From: an uncultured Alphaproteobacteria bacterium
GTDB taxonomy: Bacteria > Pseudomonadota > Alphaproteobacteria > CAKMZR01
Assembly (NCBI GenBank): GCA_929200455.1
Contig: CAKMZR010000001.1
Location: 1 to 37,109 of the forward strand
Length of the DNA: 37,109 nucleotides
Direction: 5' to 3'
Positions 9,396 through 19,300 of the stretch are shown in pieces; the stretch's first letter is position 1; every line of letters begins with the position of its first letter. The notes under the pieces were generated by a model. That model searched no databases. It was not told where the DNA came from and worked only from the letters and a program-made list of their open reading frames with translations. Made by a program: the position numbers and the translations under genes.

Positions 9396-11384
9396 ATGGT
9401 CGGCAGGACAGAAAAAAGAAAAACAGAGATAATAACGGACGGTGATTCGCGGGGTTATCAGAGGTCTACAAAGGCGGCGGGCAAGGCGAATGACTTTTTG
9501 GTAAGTAGTTTGAAGAAAGTCACAAACATTGCAACTGCGGTGTTTGTGGGGTTGTCGGCGGCGGTGGGGGTGGCAATAAAGGCGTTTGATGAACAGATAA
9601 GGGCAGAGAGAAAGTTAAGAAACGCGTTGCAGAATTCAGGGCGTGAGGTTGAGAAGAACACAGCTTACCTTAAAGAGCAGGCGGCGGCGTTGCAAAGGGT
9701 GACGGATATTGGTGATGAGACCACACTTGCATTGCAATCACTGATTGCACCCGTCAAGTCTTTGACGGTTCAGGGGATACAGAGGGCGACAAAGGCGGCG
9801 ATTGATATGGCGACGGCTTTGGACAAGGGGCTGACTCGGACAACGCGGCTTTTGGCACAGGCTTTGGAGGCTCCGATCGCGGGGCTTACGACTTTGCGGA
9901 CGAACGGAATCGAGTTCACGGAGGAGCAGAAAGACCTCATTAAGCAACTGGTGAACACCAATCGCACATTTGAGGCACAAAGCATCATCCTCAAAAAAAT
10001 AGAGGATAGGTATGGTCGTGTGAGTGAGAAGCTGGCAAAAACACCACTTGCAGTTGTACAACGTGTGAAGAATGAGTTTGGTGATATTTTGGAGATAGTG
10101 GGTGATGTAGCGTCGGAGGCTTTGGTGCCTTTCCTCTTAAGGTTGAAAGATATGCTACAATCTTGGAAAGAGAATGAGGGGGCGATAAGAAGGGTGACTG
10201 AAATCACGCTTGACCTTATTAAGTTTTTAGGTGTTTTCCTTACCTTGGCACTGGGGGCAAGGGGTATTGTTGCGGTGACGGCGGCGGTTAACCTATTAGC
10301 GGTTGCATTTAGGACGGGCAGAGTAGCGGCGTCGGCGTTTTGGGGCAGTGCAACGCTGGGGGCGTCGCTTTTGATAACGGAGTTTGACACGATAAATGGT
10401 GCGATTGAACACTTGATTTCTCGCTTTAAAGTTGCAACAAAAGAGAGCAAGGGTGTTGTTGACCCTCGCGGCGGCGGGCGGTTGACGCCAGAAGAACAGC
10501 TTGCGGCGTTTAGAGGTTCACAACAACCAGAAGTTGAAGAGGAGGAGGCGGGGGCGGCGTCGGGATCGGGCGGGGTGCAACCTGTGAATAGAGAAACACC
10601 ACAACCATCGGGCGAGTTGCAAATTGACGGGAGTGCGGGGCTGTCCGATCCGAACAGCACGGCGGCGTTCCGTGCGGCAAACGAATCCAAAACAGAGGCT
10701 GAAGTCGAATATAGGGAAAAACTGAAGGAAATCAGGCAAGAGGCTGATGATGCGGAGAGGGAGAGGCGAGAAAAAGAAGAAGAAGAGGTGAAGGAACACA
10801 ATGCAACGCTTTTTCAACGTGCGGTTGATTTTGGCAAAAGGCTTGCAGACCTGAGACAGAAGCGTATCGAGGAGGAGAAGAGGGCTGAAGAGGCTTTGCG
10901 TGATTTCAAAATCAAGGCGGCGTCCGACGCGGCGACGGGTGCGGCACGTGTATTCCGATCTGCATTACTACATCAGGTTGCAACTTTGATAAAGGCGGTG
11001 CCTGCGTTGTTTGTGGCACAGGGGGCGGCAACAGGTGGAATATTCGGCTTGTTTGCTACTTTGGCAAAGGTGGCGGCGGTTGTCGAGCCTTTGCGGACAA
11101 TACATGATATTCTCTCGTCGGAATCGCCAAAGTTTCATGAGGGCGGGACGGTAAGGGCGGCAAAAACGGGAGGTGAGGTCACGGCAACACTTCAGGACGG
11201 CGAGACGGTGTTTTCGAGGGGAGACACGCACAAGTTGATTAATAGGTTGTCGGATAAGCTTGAGAGGGGCGGCGGCGGTGGGGTGTTGCGGGTGCTAATA
11301 GGGGTTGAGGATGAGGAGGGAATGGTAAGGTATCTTAGAGGTAAATTGGCAGAAGACACAGAGGAAAAGGATTTGATCACATGA
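9396..11384 (+). CDS. Tail tape measure protein
   Basis: 662 aa from ATG 9396 (GGAGG upstream). Has hydrophobic segments, long helical Ala/Leu-rich regions, the motif LRTNGIEFTEEQKDLIKQL, a charged coiled coil and a Gly5 tract. Confidence 0.8.
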   Translation: MVGRTEKRKTEIITDGDSRGYQRSTKAAGKANDFLVSSLKKVTNIATAVFVGLSAAVGVAIKAFDEQIRAERKLRNALQNSGREVEKNTAYLKEQAAALQRVTDIGDETTLALQSLIAPVKSLTVQGIQRATKAAIDMATALDKGLTRTTRLLAQALEAPIAGLTTLRTNGIEFTEEQKDLIKQLVNTNRTFEAQSIILKKIEDRYGRVSEKLAKTPLAVVQRVKNEFGDILEIVGDVASEALVPFLLRLKDMLQSWKENEGAIRRVTEITLDLIKFLGVFLTLALGARGIVAVTAAVNLLAVAFRTGRVAASAFWGSATLGASLLITEFDTINGAIEHLISRFKVATKESKGVVDPRGGGRLTPEEQLAAFRGSQQPEVEEEEAGAASGSGGVQPVNRETPQPSGELQIDGSAGLSDPNSTAAFRAANESKTEAEVEYREKLKEIRQEADDAERERREKEEEEVKEHNATLFQRAVDFGKRLADLRQKRIEEEKRAEEALRDFKIKAASDAATGAARVFRSALLHQVATLIKAVPALFVAQGAATGGIFGLFATLAKVAAVVEPLRTIHDILSSESPKFHEGGTVRAAKTGGEVTATLQDGETVFSRGDTHKLINRLSDKLERGGGGGVLRVLIGVEDEEGMVRYLRGKLAEDTEEKDLIT

Positions 11385-11836
11385 GTTATCATTTTGTGAG
11401 AAATGTATCGGGTGGGTTGTATAATTTGGACTACACCACACCACACCAACCAGTTGTGCAATTTCCGATAAAGCGTGGCAGTAAGCAAGATGGGGTGATG
11501 TACAACGGCTTACCTTATTACGTGAGAACACCACCGTATCATGAATTCAACTTGTCGTTGCAGGGTGCGAATGATTTGGATGTGACGGCGTTTACGACCA
11601 TGTTTTCATCTAATGCACCAATAACGTGCAATTTAGTTGGAGGCACGCACGCGGGCGGGTGGTCTCAGGGTGAGGCTGATTATGGTCTCGCGGCGGTGTT
11701 GCGTGGGACTTTTCAGGCGGTGCCTTTGGGGGATTTGATAGTGCAGAGCATGAACAACCCTTATGATCCGATTTTGGATGAGGGGGTGGAAAGTCGCGTG
11801 TGGGTTGTCACTGCAAACTTTGGGATAACGGTATGA
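11381..11836 (+). CDS. Hypothetical distal tail protein
   Basis: 151-aa ORF overlapping the tape-measure stop. Assigned by position only. Confidence 0.5.
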   Translation: MSYHFVRNVSGGLYNLDYTTPHQPVVQFPIKRGSKQDGVMYNGLPYYVRTPPYHEFNLSLQGANDLDVTAFTTMFSSNAPITCNLVGGTHAGGWSQGEADYGLAAVLRGTFQAVPLGDLIVQSMNNPYDPILDEGVESRVWVVTANFGITV

Positions 11837-13269
11837 GCGTACTAGACAACTTATCGTTGTACTTTGGCAAACTGGGTTCAAACAGTACCTTCAACCGTTT
11901 TGGCGATGATTTTGACGTGAAATACGTCGGAAATTCACATGATATAGACTGGGCAGACGTCTTAAGCTTGACCAACACCACACCTTGTCGGACTGGCAAA
12001 TACGATAGTTTCATATACAAAGCGGGTGAGTCGGCTTTGGAAAGGTGGGTTTTACGTGTGAAAAAGAGGGTGGTGGTTTTGGATTATTACGGGGCAAACT
12101 TTATTTTGAGCAAGGGAACGGGCAACGGTAGAACGGTTCTTATGTTTGGGCGGGCAAATGAGGTGATAGAGAAGAGGGATTATGATGAGATTGTGATAAA
12201 AAACGTTCTTTCTCATTACTGGAACCGACCACTTGATACAACTTGGGGTAGCAATGCGGAGTATAGAGATGGCTTTGCAAAGGGGGCGATGGGGTATCAA
12301 TTCCCTAATAGTGATTTTGACGGCGGCAACGAATCACTTGATATGCATCCTTCACCACAAACGATAGGCGGCTACCTGCAGTTGCAAAGCATGATAAACG
12401 GGAGGGGTTATTATGGCGTTGATTTACCAAATATCTCACATAGCAACACACTTACAACCGACGCGGGAAGAAGGGTAGAGGTGGACTATTTATCGGTGAA
12501 AGAGATTGAGAGTGCAAAGGTCTGTAATTCAATCTGGCTGAGGGGGATAGGCGATACGAGAATGGCGGTATTTGATCCTCAGAGCGTTTTGGAATACGGC
12601 GAAAAGAAGCTTGATATAGGCGGGGTGAGAGTGGAATCACTATCAGAAGTTGCAAAGATGTTCACGCGGCGGGCGGCAAGGCGTATTGAGGTGAGATCAC
12701 CAATTGACTTTTCCTTCCACTTTTACGGGAAAAACCAAGGTAATCTTGTGACAAGAAACTTTCAGAGGCAGATAGTTTCTGATTTGGATGCGGGGACTTT
12801 GGGTATGCAACTTAAGATGGTAAAGATTACGAATGGGAGTGAGGTGGTGGATAACGCGGGAGAACGATTGCCAGTCTGCTATTTAGTGGACTGGCAAGGT
12901 GGGGATGGGGTGTTGCATTTTAGAAATGCGGTGAGTGGGGTTTTTGCGAGAGATGAGAGAGGGTTGTGGAAAAAGCATGTTGGCTACGATGTGCAATTTC
13001 AATCAAATACACGTATAGATAGAGTGATGACGGTGCCACAGGTTCAGGCGGCTGAATGGTTTGCGTTTTTTGAGGGGGTTTTGGTGAACGGCGGTGTGGC
13101 AGGACTACCCTTGGTTGTGCAAGACCTCGCGAATCCTCCACTTGACTTTTACAAGGCTGAGTGGTATTTACAGAGTACAAGATACGATGTTTTTCATGAC
13201 GTCATGACGACGGTATGGGTGGACGGGGCGAATATGACGTCGTCGCAATTTTCAGAAAGGCAACTTTGA
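11833..13269 (+). CDS. Hypothetical tail/baseplate protein
   Basis: ATG 11833 in an ATGA overlap with the upstream stop; 478 aa. Confidence 0.5.
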   Translation: MSVLDNLSLYFGKLGSNSTFNRFGDDFDVKYVGNSHDIDWADVLSLTNTTPCRTGKYDSFIYKAGESALERWVLRVKKRVVVLDYYGANFILSKGTGNGRTVLMFGRANEVIEKRDYDEIVIKNVLSHYWNRPLDTTWGSNAEYRDGFAKGAMGYQFPNSDFDGGNESLDMHPSPQTIGGYLQLQSMINGRGYYGVDLPNISHSNTLTTDAGRRVEVDYLSVKEIESAKVCNSIWLRGIGDTRMAVFDPQSVLEYGEKKLDIGGVRVESLSEVAKMFTRRAARRIEVRSPIDFSFHFYGKNQGNLVTRNFQRQIVSDLDAGTLGMQLKMVKITNGSEVVDNAGERLPVCYLVDWQGGDGVLHFRNAVSGVFARDERGLWKKHVGYDVQFQSNTRIDRVMTVPQVQAAEWFAFFEGVLVNGGVAGLPLVVQDLANPPLDFYKAEWYLQSTRYDVFHDVMTTVWVDGANMTSSQFSERQL

Positions 13270-14042
13270 TGGGCAATAATGCACTGAGAAAAGTAACACC
13301 GAATAGCGTTTTTCCTGCTGATGGAGCGGATCAGTATTTTACAGCTTTAAGTGGTGATTTGTATCCAAGAGATATAAGCGGCAACGTCGCAAGCGGAGCG
13401 GCTAACTTGGGTTCACCTACAATTCCTTGGGGAACGATGGCGGCGGGCGGGCTTGTTTTGGGCAGTCAGACGGTGAATGAGGAGAAGATAAGGCGTCTTG
13501 ATGACCTTCTCACGATACAATCTTTAGGTGTGTACCATGTGGACAAGATAAGCAATCCGACGAATAGAGTTTTATACACTGCACCTACATTTTCAAGTGC
13601 AAATACCAAGATGAAGGCGGTTGTGTTTTCATCATTTTATGTGAAACAAGGCGTTGTGGTGAGGAATGTGAAGAGAGCAAATGCAACCTTGAGTATACAT
13701 ATGGCGGGTTTGAAAATGGGGCAATATTCACTTCTGGATGACACACCGACGGTTGGCGGTGCTTCAGAATCTTCTGGCTTTTATCAAAAGATGGTGTGGC
13801 AGGAGGACTCGACAACGGGGAACACAAGCGAGGCGGCTTCAACTGGAGGTGGCATTGTGGACTTTTACACATCGGAGGGCTTTGGCTTCAACACGGCATC
13901 GGGGGCGACTGGGTTGGTCAACCTAGGGGCGAACTCAATATCGATGGCAAGGCTTTCATCAGGTCAGACAATTTCACTTGCGAACATTGCAAACGTGACT
14001 TCTGATTTTGAGTTTGCGGCGGCGATCCTTCTTACAACTTAA
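13269..14042 (+). CDS. Hypothetical tail protein
   Basis: ATG 13269 in a TGATG overlap; 257 aa. Confidence 0.5.
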   Translation: MGNNALRKVTPNSVFPADGADQYFTALSGDLYPRDISGNVASGAANLGSPTIPWGTMAAGGLVLGSQTVNEEKIRRLDDLLTIQSLGVYHVDKISNPTNRVLYTAPTFSSANTKMKAVVFSSFYVKQGVVVRNVKRANATLSIHMAGLKMGQYSLLDDTPTVGGASESSGFYQKMVWQEDSTTGNTSEAASTGGGIVDFYTSEGFGFNTASGATGLVNLGANSISMARLSSGQTISLANIANVTSDFEFAAAILLTT

Positions 14043-14052
14043 AGGTGAAAGA

Positions 14053-14691
14053 ATGGACTCGGTCAAGATTAAAATCACTACCAAAAACATGTTTTCTCGG
14101 CGTGGTAAGTCTGAGTTGCTGGGGGCAAAACCTCAAACTTTTGCACAGCGTTTTCCGTCGACGTTTTTCACACCAAAACATCTTGACAGACTGAGGCGGC
14201 GGGCGGCTAGTCGGGGGCTGAGGAAGGCAAGGCGGGTGGCAGAAAAAGATATGAAAAAGCGTCTGAAACTTCCATCAAGAGTTGTAAAAAAAAGGGTGAA
14301 GGCGATCCGCTTGAAGGCGTCGGCAAGAGGCAACCCAGCGTTGTTTATAGGTGAGAACAGTGTGAAAATTGAGGATACAAAATTCACGCTTAAGATGAGT
14401 GTGGGCGGGCGGGGCAGATTGCGTGCAAAGAATCCGTTCACGGGGAAACTTGAGTATCCTGCGAGGGCGTTTATAAACCCCAAAAAACCAACGAACATTT
14501 TGAGAAGAGAGGGCGGGCAGAGGTATCCAGTTCGGACGGCTTACTGGTCTGAGGCTAGGAATGGGCTTTTTGGGAGTGAGACGGCAACACGCGAGGCGTT
14601 CATGAGAAATGCAACCAAAGCGGTAGCGGATGAGGTGTTCAGGGATTATATTTTACAACTAGACAAGGCAGATAGGAGAAAATTCGGATGA
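14053..14691 (+). CDS. Hypothetical highly basic protein
   Basis: ATG 14053 with AAAGGTGAAAG upstream; 212 aa, Arg/Lys-rich. Confidence 0.5.
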   Translation: MDSVKIKITTKNMFSRRGKSELLGAKPQTFAQRFPSTFFTPKHLDRLRRRAASRGLRKARRVAEKDMKKRLKLPSRVVKKRVKAIRLKASARGNPALFIGENSVKIEDTKFTLKMSVGGRGRLRAKNPFTGKLEYPARAFINPKKPTNILRREGGQRYPVRTAYWSEARNGLFGSETATREAFMRNATKAVADEVFRDYILQLDKADRRKFG

Positions 14692-15107
14692 TATATGAAT
14701 TCATGAACAACCCTTTGTGGGATACGTGGATAAGATTAATACACCTAGAGATTGAACTTGTGGCGAGTCAGGTGGGCGTTTTTTCCTATTTTATGAACCC
14801 TGCGAATAAGGGAAACGGCAACACTTCACATCCGATGAGGCGGGTTGGTGATAGGAAGGTGAAACCCGAAAAGCAAAGTTTCATCTCAAGGTTGATATTT
14901 GTAGAGATAACGAGTGTTTTGATGACGGTGATGATTTTCTCGGTGATGCGTTCACTTGGCAAGATTGATATAGACTTCATATCTCAATTTTCATACATGA
15001 ATGAGTTTATATTTTGCTTGGCTGTTCTGGCTTGCACGCTAGGGTTTAAAAAGGTCAAGGATTTAGGGGTTGATTTGTTTTCGCTTTGGAGAGGAGGTAG
15101 ACGATGA
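14688..15107 (+). CDS. Hypothetical membrane protein (lysis-cassette neighbour)
   Basis: 139 aa with two hydrophobic segments (LIFVEITSVLMTVMIFSV and FIFCLAVLACTLGF). Confidence 0.5.
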   Translation: MIYEFMNNPLWDTWIRLIHLEIELVASQVGVFSYFMNPANKGNGNTSHPMRRVGDRKVKPEKQSFISRLIFVEITSVLMTVMIFSVMRSLGKIDIDFISQFSYMNEFIFCLAVLACTLGFKKVKDLGVDLFSLWRGGRR

Positions 15108-15193
15108 GTTTGAAGGAACATTTGTTTTATACACTATTCACAGCAACTGTGAGTTGTGCTTTTGGTCTGTTTTTAGTTGGTGTTTTGTACTAG
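15104..15193 (+). CDS. 29-aa hydrophobic peptide (MSLKEHLFYTLFTATVSCAFGLFLVGVLY), absent from the ORF track
   Basis: ATG in an ATGA overlap with the upstream stop, GGAGGAGG 5-6 nt upstream, single predicted TM segment. Confidence 0.4.
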   Translation: MSLKEHLFYTLFTATVSCAFGLFLVGVLY

Positions 15194-15203
15194 GAGAAGT
15201 TAG

Positions 15204-15599
15204 ATGTTGGGCGAGGTATTTGTAAGAGGGGTGATGACAGTTGTGGGTAAGTTTTTGGGCAATGGGAATGAGGCAGACGAGAGAAAAAAACAACTTGAAA
15301 GTGAATTAATCGCGTTGTTTGAAACTCAAATAAAGGGGCAGTTAAAGGTTAATGAAAAAGAGGCGGCACATCGTAGCGTTTTCGTGGCGGGGTGGCGACC
15401 ATTCATAGGCTGGGTTTGCGGCGTGTCGATAGCGTATACATACATTTTCAGACCAATCGCAACTGATGTTGCGGCGTTTTATGGGCGGCATCTCTTCTTG
15501 ACGGAGTTGGATAGCGGGGCTTTAATGGCGTTGGTGACGGGGATGCTGGGGCTTGGTGGCATGAGGACGTATGAAAAGTGGCGGGGGGTGAGTAAATAA
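15204..15599 (+). CDS. Holin, 3-TM (GTA-type holin family)
   Basis: 131 aa with AGGAGAAG upstream. The motif EAAHRSVFVAGWRPFIGW followed by hydrophobic helices matches my recollection of the 3TM holin family; lies upstream of the endolysin. Confidence 0.6.
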   Translation: MLGEVFVRGVMTVVGKFLGNGNEADERKKQLESELIALFETQIKGQLKVNEKEAAHRSVFVAGWRPFIGWVCGVSIAYTYIFRPIATDVAAFYGRHLFLTELDSGALMALVTGMLGLGGMRTYEKWRGVSK

Positions 15600-15600
15600 G

Positions 15601-15629
15601 TTGACACGTACACCAAAAAGTGGTAGAAG
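15601..15629 (+). promoter_or_regulatory. Candidate sigma70-type promoter (TTGACA-17 nt-TAGAAG with TGn extended -10 context)
   Basis: Perfect -35, 17-nt spacer ending GTGG as in the early cassettes, weak -10. Sits directly after the holin stop. Confidence 0.4.
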
Positions 15630-15630
15630 A

Positions 15631-15707
15631 GGTTTGTGGGGATCGTAAATTCCTATGCTTGTGACGGCAAATCCTCTCGGGGATTGCTTTAAACGATCCC
15701 CACAACC
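15631..15707 (+). ncRNA. Structured RNA element (13-bp GC-rich stem enclosing a second hairpin), function unknown
   Basis: 15634-15646 pairs perfectly with 15693-15705. Inner stem AATCC/GGATT around 15670-15685. Non-coding; lies between the candidate promoter and the tRNA. Confidence 0.4.
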
Positions 15708-15713
15708 ATATGT

Positions 15714-15788
15714 TGCAGATTGGAGCAGTGGTAGCTCGTCAGGCTCATATCCTGAAGGTCATGGGTTCAAATCCCATATCTGCACCCA
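15714..15788 (+). tRNA. tRNA with CAU anticodon (Met, or Ile2 if lysidine-modified), CCA encoded
   Basis: Manual cloverleaf. Acceptor TGCAGAT/ATCTGCA; D stem GAGC/GCTC with loop AGTGGTA. Anticodon stem TCAGG/CCTGA with loop CTCATAT. Variable loop AGGTC; T stem ATGGG/CCCAT with loop TTCAAAT; discriminator C plus CCA. Confidence 0.9.
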
Positions 15789-15812
15789 TTTTTTCTACGA
15801 AAGGTTGAGTTG

Positions 15813-16331
15813 ATGACTTATTTTGAAGAGGCTTTGGCGTTTGTGATGGAGAAAGAGGGGGGTAATAGGAAAAAAGGCGGGTTCACTGATGATAAGGATG
15901 ATGCGGGGGGCAAGACCAAATACGGCATATCAGAAAAGGCACACCCAGAAGTTGATATTAAAAAGCTTACTCGGAAACAGGCAGAAGATATATATTTGGA
16001 AAAGTATTGGCTGGGTAATAATTGTCACAAGATGCCTCATGCGGTGGGCTTCTTCCTCTTTGATACGTCAGTAAATCTTGGCAATGGTCAGGCGGGGGAG
16101 ATTTTGCAACGTGTGGTTGATGCGGATGTGGACGGGAAGATAGGCGACAAGACGATCGCGGCGGCACAAATGATCGAGGTGGAAACCGTCTTGAAAGAGT
16201 TTTACGAGATGCGGGTGAAGTTTTATGAAGATATAGCGGAGAAGAGAAACAACCATAAGTACCTCAACGGCTGGTTGAATAGGGCGTCGGATTGTTTTGA
16301 AGAGGCAGAAAAACTCGTTGAAGTAGAGTAA
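15813..16331 (+). CDS. Endolysin, glycoside hydrolase family 108 with C-terminal peptidoglycan-binding domain
   Basis: N-terminal EKEGG...DDKDDAGGKTKYGI motif (GH108 signature) and DGKIGDKTIAAA (PG_binding_3-like). ATG 15813. Confidence 0.8.
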   Translation: MTYFEEALAFVMEKEGGNRKKGGFTDDKDDAGGKTKYGISEKAHPEVDIKKLTRKQAEDIYLEKYWLGNNCHKMPHAVGFFLFDTSVNLGNGQAGEILQRVVDADVDGKIGDKTIAAAQMIEVETVLKEFYEMRVKFYEDIAEKRNNHKYLNGWLNRASDCFEEAEKLVEVE

Positions 16332-16332
16332 G

Positions 16333-19300
16333 ATGGCTTTTACACACGACTCCACAACTTTTGATATACATTACGATGACACAGATGATAACGACACGGC
16401 GGCGTTGCTTGCCTATATAGCGGCGACTCCTGCACTTCAACCTCACTGGGTATATGCTGACGGTGTTTTGACGACTGGTAAGGTTTTACGCAATGCGTCG
16501 GATTGGAGGGGGAAAATTACACTCCATAGGTTGAATTTACGGTTCGTCGGTTCTGGTGGTTTTGGGGCAAGGAACAGGACTGCGAGAGCAAACAAAATTC
16601 ATGCAACCTATTGCACGATAAGATATGAGGGGGATTCTTATACATCTGCGGGTTTTGATGGGGTGTCAGGGCAAGATGTAGACCTTTCCTTTTCAACTTT
16701 TACTAGTCTGGCAAGCGGTTTGGCGAGTAATCAGGATTTGGTGAAGTTTGTCAGAAATGAGAGGGTGGGTGCGACTATAAAGATGGACGGGGCTTCATTC
16801 ATTCAACTCGGAAATGCAACCGTAAGTTTTAGGCTTAATCCGAACGCGGCGACCATCAAGGGGTTGTCGCTTGAAAATAAAAGTGAGAGCGGTGCCTTTC
16901 AACTTGCATTGGGGACGGAAAACAACACCAAAGGCACGTTTGAGGATTTGACGTTGAGGGGTATAAGTTCTTTAGGTAACATTGGTGGGGCAGGTTCAAA
17001 AAATGCAACTTCGGAGATAGATTTTATACGTATGACAACCGATGTCCGAGATTTCAATTTTCCCGCTGGTGGTCAAGGAGGAAACAATTATATTGATTGC
17101 AGTTTTGACGGTCATGCCTTGCCTGCCAATTTCAGAGGGAGGTACCACTATGATACGGCTTTGAGTGAGGTAGACCAATACAATCGCTTTTTTGCATCGT
17201 ACGATGCAAAAGTGATTGATACAACCTTGAATGGTATTGTTGGTGTGAAGGTGGTGGTGCATAGGTCAACAAATGAAGAACAATTTGATGTGTCAACGGC
17301 GAGCGATGGGACGATTACAACTCAAAGGGTGTTAATTGCTGAATTCACGGGGCATAATGTTGCGGTGACTTATTCAGATTTCAAGATAGGTTTTTTGAAG
17401 TGGGGAAAATCAATTGTGACGGGGGTGAAGGCGTTGCAAAATGGCAAGATTGAAGATGTTCAAGTTTTGATTGATGACGGCTTCATCGTGGAGCAAAACC
17501 AAGGAGTTGTGAGGGCGAGGCAGTTTGTTGCATCGGCGAATGATGCTTATGAAGGGTTAATCTCAACATTTATGGATGCTTACGATGGGGTTAATACCGT
17601 CATACCAGTGACGGTTGAGGCGGGAGATATTTTATTCTTTGGAACGCGTAAGGTCATTTTAGACCCTGGAGCGTTGTCGGTGATATATTTATCAGTGACG
17701 GAGGTCGTCCTGAAGGTCAATTCTGCAACCAGAAGCTTAAACATCAATGTGCGGACTGAGGGGGTTTATGAAGAGGGGGGCAGACCTCTTCCATCTTCTG
17801 GCGGCGTTGATGCATCGGCACATTCACCAATAAACACGGGGATAGTGATAGCCAGCAATACCGACCTCATTCTTAAGTTTTATGGTGTGGACGAGGTGGA
17901 CGTGTCGGATACGTTGGTAAATGCCAGAAATCTTGGGAGTACGGTGGGGCGGTTGTTTGCGGGGGTGATAGCGGGCTTTAGAAAAGACGCGAGTCAATCA
18001 ACGTCAGAACACCCCATTTATTTTAGAACAAAGCGATCGGAATGGGCGAGTAGACCACAGATACACTTTTCATACACAAACGAAGGTGTGACGTCTGTAA
18101 AATCTGTTGATTTGGTGACAAGCGGAAATTCACAAGAAATTACGTTGACGCAATCAGAGCGGATTGCCACGATTGAGGCGGGGGTAGCACAACTTAAGAG
18201 TGAAATTGACTTCATCTTCTCTCTTGTCTCGAGAACGGCGTCGGTGACGTCACACCATAAGGTGTCTACGGGTGGTGATATAAACGTGATAGGCGGCTCG
18301 GCAGTGCCAGATGCAACCGCAGATGGTGATATTTTGGACGGCTATAGGATTTTGAAGGGGACAAAGACGGGTGATTTAATAACGGCAGATTCGTCGGGTT
18401 CTATAGAAATCAAAATCTGGTTCAAAAAGTCGGATTATGTTGACGGATTCTGGTTTCCTTCACTCACCCAAACCATCCCAGAAGCCACGCTTTCAAATGC
18501 AATAATCAAACTTTATGGTGAAGGTGAGGGACATTCTCCCACAGAAGTTGCATCTGAGGCTTTGGGTGCGGAGTCTGCGGGGGTGTTTTCTTTTGAAGCG
18601 TTCAATTACGATCCCTTGAAGCCAGTTTATAGGGATTTTTTCTTCGGAAATGCAAACGTGAGAAGCATAACCGTTGCTGTGACGGGAACACCAAATGCAA
18701 CCGCTGGTGTGTATAAACTCAATGCGAATCCACGCGTGGAGAGGCGGGGTGATGTGGTGACGAGGACGAATCTGCAGGCGGTGAATTTGGTGCAGGTCGG
18801 CGGGCTAACCACAACAAAGGCGGAGTTGACTTCTGGCGGCGGCGGTGGTGGGGGCGGTGGAGAGGTCTTGTATGAAGAAAGACAACTTAAAAGTGTGAAT
18901 GGCAACCTGCTTACCTTTGCGGCAAAGACGGGTGAGGTGGCTGACACATTCCATAACAGGTCAATCTTGGTTGAAAAAGACAACCGTCGCGAGACCTATT
19001 TGATACAGGCGGCAAGTGTACAATCTGGAGATGTAACAATCCACGTTAATGCCAATCGGCAGGGTCTGGCGGCGAATGATTCGATTAAGATTTATGATAG
19101 GCTGGACATGCCTTCACAACACAAAATCGACACAAAAACTGCGGGATTGACGACGGCTGAGACGGAGGCGGCGGTGCAGGCAGGTCTCTTATCGGCTCCG
19201 AATACAACCAAGGCGGGTTATAAGTTGGATTTGACGACAACTTATATTGAGGACGCGGTGAAGAAGGCGATGGATGAATTGTCGGATACGGTAAAGAACA

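Noticed and set aside
9770-10801. A 343-aa ORF on the minus strand inside the tape measure gene, with similar long antisense ORFs at 4829-5503 and 33472-34164
   Set aside because: They fully overlap strongly supported + strand genes. Their translations are low-complexity (Ser/Ala/Pro/Cys-rich). They are the expected mirror of a purine-rich coding strand and have no RBS.
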